Part shown: positions 40,859 through 46,025 of the stretch, one piece after another
Position numbering within the stretch: the stretch's first letter is position 1
Layout: each line of letters starts with the position of its first letter
Assembly (NCBI GenBank): GCA_045576895.1
Contig: JAZNHI010000155.1
Coordinates: forward strand, 1-46,025
DNA length: 46,025 bases
Source: Clostridia bacterium
Lineage (GTDB): Bacteria; Bacillota; Clostridia; Christensenellales; CAG-138
Direction of reading: 5' to 3'
Made by a program: the position numbers and the translations under genes
Notes under the pieces: model-generated
The model's database searches: none
Told to the model about the DNA's origin: nothing
Seen by the model: the letters and a program-made list of their open reading frames with translations, nothing else

Positions 40859-43062
40859 GCGACCGAGATCACCATAACCGTCATGTCGTCCGATCCGCCT
40901 CTTGCTTTCGCGATCGTCAGAAGCTGCTCCCCCGTCCTTTCACCGGTCTGTCCGACGGTACGGATCACCTGTTCCGCATCCTCCGGGAACATGTCGTGAA
41001 CGCCGTCGGAGCACAGCACGATCCGGTCGTTCTTCTTCAGCTGCATGCGGATCACGCTCGGTTTTGCTTCGACAAGGATCCCGCACGGCAGCGCCTCTCC
41101 GGCGATCGTGCTGACCTGTCCGTCCCGCACAAGATAGCTCGGCGGCGCACCGTATTTCAGCAGCTCCGCTTCGCCCGTCTTCAGGTCGATCGAAACGGCG
41201 TCAAGCGTGGCATACATCTCGGTCTCGTTCTGCGCCAAAAGCATACGGTTCACATTTTCATATACAAGCTCCTTCTGAACGCCCGCATGGCACAACCGGA
41301 ACAGCAATCGGATCGCCGCTTCGCTTTCGCGGCGCGCATTCCTGCCGCTCCCCATTCCGTCGGACAGGGCAAAGCATACGCGTCCGCCCGGAATTCTGCA
41401 CTCGCCCGTCGCATCGCCGCTGACCGTATCCGATCCTGCCGTTCTTGCGACCTGCGCCGCCGCGTGCAGCTCCGCGTCCTGTTCAAAACCGAACGATACG
41501 CGCCGCTCACTCTGCGCAACGCGGATGCAGCGAAGCGGATAACCGCACGCCTGTTCAATCTCCCTTCGAACGGCGGAATGCTTTATTTTGAGCGGACGAA
41601 CCAAAACCGCCGTGATCATATCCGAACCGTTTGTTTCATAGATTTCCAGCGACTCAACAGTCAATCCTGCACGGATCAATCGCTCGCGGATCCTTCTTTC
41701 GGTCTGATCCGTTCGCCGCGAGCGGCTTCGCATCTGTCTTGCATAGGTGCAAAGCGCAGCGCCGGCACCCGAGAACTGCCTCTCGACAAATCCGGACTGC
41801 GTTTGCGCCTGCCTGCCGATCGCGTTTCGGTTCACCGCCTGCTGATACGACAGCAGAACGGAACCGCACAGATCGCCGAAGTGTTTGCATGCCTCATCGA
41901 TCGGATCGGTCGGATAAACGCGATCCCCTTCCCCCGCCGCTATTGCAAGCGACAGCAGCGTTTCCTGCATTGCATCGGCGTCCTTCCAGCATCTGCGGCG
42001 ATTCTCACAGTTGCGGCAGATCGCAAGCGCACCCTGTACCGTCCATCGCACAATGCTGTCATCCTCCGTCGGTTCAACATGAAACATTGCGGAGAATCCG
42101 CCGAGCAGTTTTCCCATTCGCTCGATCTCACAGGACGCGCGCCGTTCGGTCCGTAAAATCGCGTCCTTGACCATCCGGTCGGCATTCAGCTCCGCATCCG
42201 TGTATTGCCGCAGTCCGTCAAGCCATGCTTTCGGCATGATCAGAAACAGCAGCATTCCGCTCAGCAGATTCGGCGCGCCCATAGATAAAGCCTCCGCCGT
42301 CCGATAGGTCTGAAACAGGAGTCCCGAAAGGAAGAACGAACAGATGATAAACAGCTTTCCTCTTTCCCGCACAACGGCGGCTGTCAACGCGCCGATCGAA
42401 ACACAGCCGATCAGAACAGGGTCTGCGCCGGTATAGACCGTAAGCATGACCGACCAGAGGACGCCTGCCGCCGCGCCGAAGATGCCCCTTGCCCAAACTG
42501 CAATCCCGGTCAGAACCAGCATCAGTGTGACAGCAAGCGACCAACCGCGAAATGCCGCGTCGGCACACGCAAGCAGCAGCATGCCGATCCCCAGCGAAAA
42601 CACGATCTGCTCGGAATCAATTACCATGCGCGGGTGCGTCAGCGTTTTGACCGAAAGGCAGATTCGTCGGAAACAGATCGCCGACAGCACCGAAATTGCG
42701 ATCGAGATCACGCCGTACAGGAGCTCTTCGGTTCCGTAGATCGCCGCGACCGGCAGCGTAATCAGGCTGCAGCCGAGATAGATCAAAAGCCGCGTGATCG
42801 GTTTGCAGCGCTTCCGGGCAAGCAGGATCAGCCGCGTGACGCCCCAGTAAAGCAGAACCGCCGAGACACCCTGCCAGCATGGCTGCGGTTGCGAAAACGC
42901 GCCGAGGATGATTCCGCCGACGATCGCCGCCGGATCGAATCCCGCAAGCTGACTTCCGAGTAACAGTCCGAGTGACAGCGGCATGTGCAGTCCGTGGATC
43001 CGCACGCGGGACAGCAGCAGCGCACACAGGAACCCGCCGATCACCACGGCTGTTCCGATCAT
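40855..43062 (-). CDS. spoIIE: stage II sporulation protein E (PP2C phosphatase with polytopic N-terminal domain)
   Basis: About 10 TM helices, then a PP2C core (FALSDGMGSGRNARRESEAA...LCSDGVHD...GGSDDMTVMVISV). I trimmed the start to the ATG at 43060-43062 after GGAAGGAAG. The track start at 43107 has no RBS and abuts a hairpin. Confidence 0.82.
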   Translation of the reverse strand: MIGTAVVIGGFLCALLLSRVRIHGLHMPLSLGLLLGSQLAGFDPAAIVGGIILGAFSQPQPCWQGVSAVLLYWGVTRLILLARKRCKPITRLLIYLGCSLITLPVAAIYGTEELLYGVISIAISVLSAICFRRICLSVKTLTHPRMVIDSEQIVFSLGIGMLLLACADAAFRGWSLAVTLMLVLTGIAVWARGIFGAAAGVLWSVMLTVYTGADPVLIGCVSIGALTAAVVRERGKLFIICSFFLSGLLFQTYRTAEALSMGAPNLLSGMLLFLIMPKAWLDGLRQYTDAELNADRMVKDAILRTERRASCEIERMGKLLGGFSAMFHVEPTEDDSIVRWTVQGALAICRNCENRRRCWKDADAMQETLLSLAIAAGEGDRVYPTDPIDEACKHFGDLCGSVLLSYQQAVNRNAIGRQAQTQSGFVERQFSGAGAALCTYARQMRSRSRRTDQTERRIRERLIRAGLTVESLEIYETNGSDMITAVLVRPLKIKHSAVRREIEQACGYPLRCIRVAQSERRVSFGFEQDAELHAAAQVARTAGSDTVSGDATGECRIPGGRVCFALSDGMGSGRNARRESEAAIRLLFRLCHAGVQKELVYENVNRMLLAQNETEMYATLDAVSIDLKTGEAELLKYGAPPSYLVRDGQVSTIAGEALPCGILVEAKPSVIRMQLKKNDRIVLCSDGVHDMFPEDAEQVIRTVGQTGERTGEQLLTIAKARGGSDDMTVMVISVA

Positions 43063-43108
43063 AGGGCTTCCTTCCTGTTCAACTGTCTTCAAATTCCGCA
43101 TCTGCATG

Positions 43109-43134
43109 CCGGTATTGTACTAAAACAATACCGG
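43109..43134. promoter_or_regulatory. perfect 10-bp inverted repeat in the spoIIE/dapL divergent region
   Basis: CCGGTATTGT-actaaa-ACAATACCGG. The arms extend imperfectly to about 15 bp (CATGC.CGG.../...CCGGTGCATG). Confidence 0.4.
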
Positions 43135-43216
43135 TGCATGTCCGGCAATCCCTGTCGGCAAAGCTTTGCTTTTTCCCGCGCCGTTTCCCCTCGGTTCCGC
43201 AAGGTATCGCAGGTTC

Positions 43217-43247
43217 CTGTCAGAATCAACGCGTTCTGTCAGAATCA
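43217..43247. repeat. tandem 12-bp direct repeat abutting the dapL -35
   Basis: CTGTCAGAATCA occurs at 43217-43228 and again at 43236-43247, a 19-bp period. Each copy contains the small dyad CTG-T-CAG. Confidence 0.6.
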
Positions 43248-43249
43248 TC

Positions 43250-43278
43250 TTGCCCGATCGTGTCGGATATGCTATAAT
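43250..43278 (+). promoter_or_regulatory. sigma-A promoter for dapL
   Basis: TTGCCC (43250-43255), 17-nt spacer, TATAAT (43273-43278), 27 nt upstream of the ATG. Confidence 0.5.
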
Positions 43279-43305
43279 AACATGACTTTCTTAAGGAGGA
43301 ATCCC

Positions 43306-44535
43306 ATGTTTACCGCCAATGGAGATTATGCCAATCTGAAAGGTAATTACCTGTTCTTTGAAGTCGGGAAGCGCGCACGCGCCTATCTGGAAGCGCATCC
43401 CGATGCAGACCTCATTCGCATGGGGATCGGCGACGTCACGCAGCCGCTCGTTCCCGCCGTCATAAATGCCATGCACCGCGCAGTCGAAGAAATGGGACAT
43501 GCCGAAACCTTCCACGGGTACGCGCCTGATTTCGGTTATGAGTTTCTGCGCGAAGCGATCCACAAGCGCGACTATCTCTCCCGCGGTATTCCCGTATCGC
43601 AGGATGAGATCTTCGTTTCCGACGGTGCCAAATGCGACGTCGGCAATTTCCAGGAGCTGTTCTCGCGCGGCTGCCGGATCGCCGTGCTCGACCCGGTCTA
43701 TCCCGTCTATGTCGATACGAACGTCATGGGCGGTCGAAGCGGCGTGTTCGATCCTGTAAAAGGCGGCTATGCGAACATCACGTATCTTCCCGCGACCGCC
43801 GAAAACGGATTCGTGCCGGTACTTCCGAAAGAGCCCGTCGATGCGATATACCTCTGCTATCCGAACAATCCGACCGGCGCGACGCTGACGCATGAACAGC
43901 TTCGTCTGTTTGTCGATTACTGCAACAAAAACGGCGTGTTGCTTCTTTACGATTCCGCATACGAAGCATATATCCGCGACCCCGCTCTGCCGCATTCGAT
44001 CTATGAGATCGACGGCGCGCGCACCTGTGCGGTCGAATTCCGTTCGATGAGCAAGACTGCGGGCTTCACCGGCACGCGCTGCGCCTATACGGTCGTGCCG
44101 AAGGATCTTTTGTATCGGGATGAAGCGGGCAACACCGTTCATTTGCGCGATCTTTGGGCGCGCCGCATTTCGACCAAGTTCAACGGCGTCGCGTATATTA
44201 CGCAGGTCGGCGCCGCCGCCGCCTATAACGAAGGCTACGGTGAGATCATGGATACCGTCGATTACTACATGGAAAACGCGCGCATCATCCGCACTTCGCT
44301 CGAAGCCGCGGGCTACACGGTCTACGGCGGACAGAATGCGCCGTACGTCTGGATCAAGGTCCCGGGCGGCGACAGCTGGGCGTTCTATGACGAGCTTCTG
44401 GACCGCTGCCACATCATCGGCACGCCGGGCGCGGGCTTCGGCAAAGCCGGCGAAGGCTATTTCCGCATGACGGCGTTCGCCACCAGAGAGAACACGATCC
44501 GCGCCATGCAGCGCATCCAGGAGGGCAAGGCATGA
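43306..44535 (+). CDS. dapL: LL-diaminopimelate aminotransferase
   Basis: I trimmed the start to the ATG at 43306 after AAGGAGG. The sequence begins NGDYANLKGNYLFFEVGKRARAYLEAHPDADLIRMGIGDVTQPL and contains the PLP lysine context FRSMSKTAGFTG. Confidence 0.85.
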   Translation: MFTANGDYANLKGNYLFFEVGKRARAYLEAHPDADLIRMGIGDVTQPLVPAVINAMHRAVEEMGHAETFHGYAPDFGYEFLREAIHKRDYLSRGIPVSQDEIFVSDGAKCDVGNFQELFSRGCRIAVLDPVYPVYVDTNVMGGRSGVFDPVKGGYANITYLPATAENGFVPVLPKEPVDAIYLCYPNNPTGATLTHEQLRLFVDYCNKNGVLLLYDSAYEAYIRDPALPHSIYEIDGARTCAVEFRSMSKTAGFTGTRCAYTVVPKDLLYRDEAGNTVHLRDLWARRISTKFNGVAYITQVGAAAAYNEGYGEIMDTVDYYMENARIIRTSLEAAGYTVYGGQNAPYVWIKVPGGDSWAFYDELLDRCHIIGTPGAGFGKAGEGYFRMTAFATRENTIRAMQRIQEGKA

Positions 44536-45200
44536 CGAAGATCATTGCATTCGAGGGCATCGACGGAACCGGCAAAAGCGTACAGATGGCTTGTCTTGCC
44601 GAAACGCTGCGGAACTGCGGGCTGAAGGTCCGGGAGATCTCCTTCCCCATGTACGATACGTTCTTCGGTGAAATGGTCGGGCGTTACCTCTCCGCAAAGG
44701 TCGGCATCGCCGCGAACACCGTAGACGGCAAGAGCATGGCGCTGTGGTTTGCTCTGGATCGGTTTGAAGCGTTCAAACACCTCGATTATTCCGATGCGGA
44801 CGTGCTGCTGATCAATCGCTACGTGCTTTCCAACGCGGTCTATCAGAGCATCCGCGACATCGATCTCGACAAGCCGGACATCCTCGATTTCTGTCTCGAA
44901 CTGGAGCATAAGCACTTCGGGATTCCGGTACCCGATCTGCATCTCGTTCTTGATATGGACACCGAAAGCGCAGCGGAAAACGTCGACAAGAAGGGCTTCC
45001 GCGAGTATATCGGCAATGCGCGCGACGTCTATGAAAGCATCGATTCCATTCAGGCGCGCGCACGCAAAAAGTATGCGGAATATGCGCAGCGCATTCCGAA
45101 TGTTCATTTGATTCTGTGCACGGAAAACGGCAAGCTGCTCCTGATCGAAACGATCGCAAAACGTATCGAAGCGGTCGTTCTTCCGGCGCTCGGATTATAA
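44532..45200 (+). CDS. thymidylate-kinase-family (dTMP kinase-like) P-loop kinase
   Basis: 222 aa. FEGIDGTGKS P-loop and a type-I-like FPMY segment. LINRYVLSNAVYQ occupies the position of the DRY/DRF..S..AYQ motif. The ATGA overlaps the dapL stop. Confidence 0.6.
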   Translation: MTKIIAFEGIDGTGKSVQMACLAETLRNCGLKVREISFPMYDTFFGEMVGRYLSAKVGIAANTVDGKSMALWFALDRFEAFKHLDYSDADVLLINRYVLSNAVYQSIRDIDLDKPDILDFCLELEHKHFGIPVPDLHLVLDMDTESAAENVDKKGFREYIGNARDVYESIDSIQARARKKYAEYAQRIPNVHLILCTENGKLLLIETIAKRIEAVVLPALGL

Positions 45201-45217
45201 ACGTCCAAAACGCAAAC

Positions 45218-45249
45218 GCACACGGCATATGCCGTGTGCAGTTTTATTT
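45218..45249. terminator. bidirectional terminator between the tmk-like gene and sdaAA
   Basis: GCACACGGC-atat-GCCGTGTGC followed by AGTTTTATTT. Confidence 0.65.
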
Positions 45250-45254
45250 GCGCA

Positions 45255-46025
45255 TCAATACTCGCCCGTATACGCCTGAAAGCGTCTGACCTTTTCGGCG
45301 ACGGCTTTGCCGGTCGGCGTTGCCGCAAGCCCGCCCTTTGCAGTTTCGCGGTATTCGCGGCGGATATCCCTGCCGACCTGCAGCATGGCGGAAACAACCT
45401 CGTCAAAGGGGATCAGGCTTGTGATACCGCACAGCGTCATATCCGCGCACAAAAGCGCATTGGCTGCGCCGAGCGCGTTTCTCTTGATACATGGGCATTC
45501 GACCAGACCCGCGACCGGATCGCAGACAAGTCCCATAATGTTTTTGATCGTCATCGCCGCGGCGTCGAGCGATTGCTCGGGTGTGCCGCCGGAAAGCTCG
45601 ACGATCGCTGCTGCCGCCATCGCACTGGCAACGCCGGTCTCCGCCTGACAGCCGCCGTCCGCGCCGGAGATCGTTGCGTTTTTCGCAAACAGGAAGCCGA
45701 CCGCACCCGCTGTGAACAAGCCCTGTATGAGCTGCTCGTCGGTCCATCCGCGTTCTATCCCGCATTCGATCAGCACGCCGGGCAGGATCCCGCTTGCGCC
45801 TGCTGTCGGCGCCGCAACGATCCTTCCCATCGAAGAATTGACCTCGCAGACCGCCATCGCACTTGCCGCAGCGCGGCAGGTATTGCCGCCGGAAAACGGA
45901 TCGTATTTTGCGTAGCGGAACAGCCGCATCGCTTCGCCGCCGGACAGATGCGATACCGTCTCCACATGCTCCTCCAGCCCGATGCGCACGGATTCGCGCA
46001 TGACATTCAGGTTTTCCCGCATCTC
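45255..46025 (-). CDS. sdaAA: L-serine dehydratase (iron-sulfur type) alpha subunit; the N-terminus lies beyond the window end
   Basis: AAPTAGASGILPG, GGCQAETGVASAMAAAA and GLVCDPVAGLVECPCIKRNA motifs. The frame stays open to position 46025. Confidence 0.85.
   Translation of the reverse strand, partial: EMRENLNVMRESVRIGLEEHVETVSHLSGGEAMRLFRYAKYDPFSGGNTCRAAASAMAVCEVNSSMGRIVAAPTAGASGILPGVLIECGIERGWTDEQLIQGLFTAGAVGFLFAKNATISGADGGCQAETGVASAMAAAAIVELSGGTPEQSLDAAAMTIKNIMGLVCDPVAGLVECPCIKRNALGAANALLCADMTLCGITSLIPFDEVVSAMLQVGRDIRREYRETAKGGLAATPTGKAVAEKVRRFQAYTGEY

Noticed and set aside
40711-42156. A 481-aa plus-strand ORF antisense to spoIIE. Similar long antisense or off-frame ORFs occur at 6523..7599, 10241..11407, 14360..15331, 24347..25252 and 43291..44412.
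   Set aside because: The reasoning is the same. All overlap genes with clear family signatures on the other strand, all have Arg-rich junk-like translations, and none has translation-initiation signals.
43217-43247. Interpreting the CTGTCAGAATCA repeats as Spo0A 0A boxes.
   Set aside because: TGTCAGAA has an extra base relative to TGTCGAA. The same objection applies to TGTCGGC at 43163-43169. I found no exact 0A box in this intergenic region.
42985-43305. N-terminal extensions of track ORFs: dapL from 42985, the Spo0A-like gene from 8969, spoIVB from 10165, recN from 12004, the U32 gene from 27471, the E2-like gene from 27222, spoIIIAA/AB/AG, and mntP from 31198.
   Set aside because: In each case an internal ATG, GTG or TTG with a GGAGG-type RBS coincides with the start of family similarity. 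The upstream extension either overlaps a neighbouring gene or promoter, or translates to Arg-rich filler.

Overview
This is a high-GC Firmicutes/Clostridia-type chromosomal segment; the taxon is inferred from gene content and synteny only. Most of the window is a conserved core backbone, read on the minus strand: spoIIIAA-AH, asp23-amaP-DUF2273, nusB, a TsaD-like gene, xseA-xseB-ispA-dxs-tlyA-nadK-argR-recN-spoIVB, a Spo0A-like pair, deoB-punA and yajC. A second sporulation module (spoIIE-spoIIGA-sigE, with a convergent sigG) lies at 38.6-43.1 kb. Housekeeping genes flank these: psuG, malQ, a U32 peptidase, ttcA, mntP, dapL, a tmk-like gene and sdaAA. There are two tRNAs, Thr-CGU and Pro-CGG. 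I saw no rRNA, CRISPR array, transposase or integrase.

Observations most worth a second look:
1. The syntenic spo0A slot holds a Spo0A-like gene whose receiver looks degenerate. It is translationally coupled to a receiver-less Spo0A_C paralog.
2. The sigE/sigG locus is non-canonical. spoIIE is stop/start-coupled to spoIIGA, spoIIGA runs 173 nt into sigE, and sigG is inverted so that its stop overlaps the sigE stop in a TCATGA palindrome.
3. A roughly 0.9 kb AT-rich, ORF-poor island (36.35-37.3 kb) lies next to an orphan lipoprotein gene about 1 kb from the tRNA pair. It contains a strong-RBS 36-codon sORF, three clean terminators and a candidate ~140-nt sRNA with a perfect 13-bp stem.
4. SpoIIIAF is only 55 aa.
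5. An NTPase gene is frameshifted at a T5 run.
6. The tRNA-Thr has C at the near-invariant U55 position.

All calls come from reading the sequence and ORF translations by eye. No database search was run.
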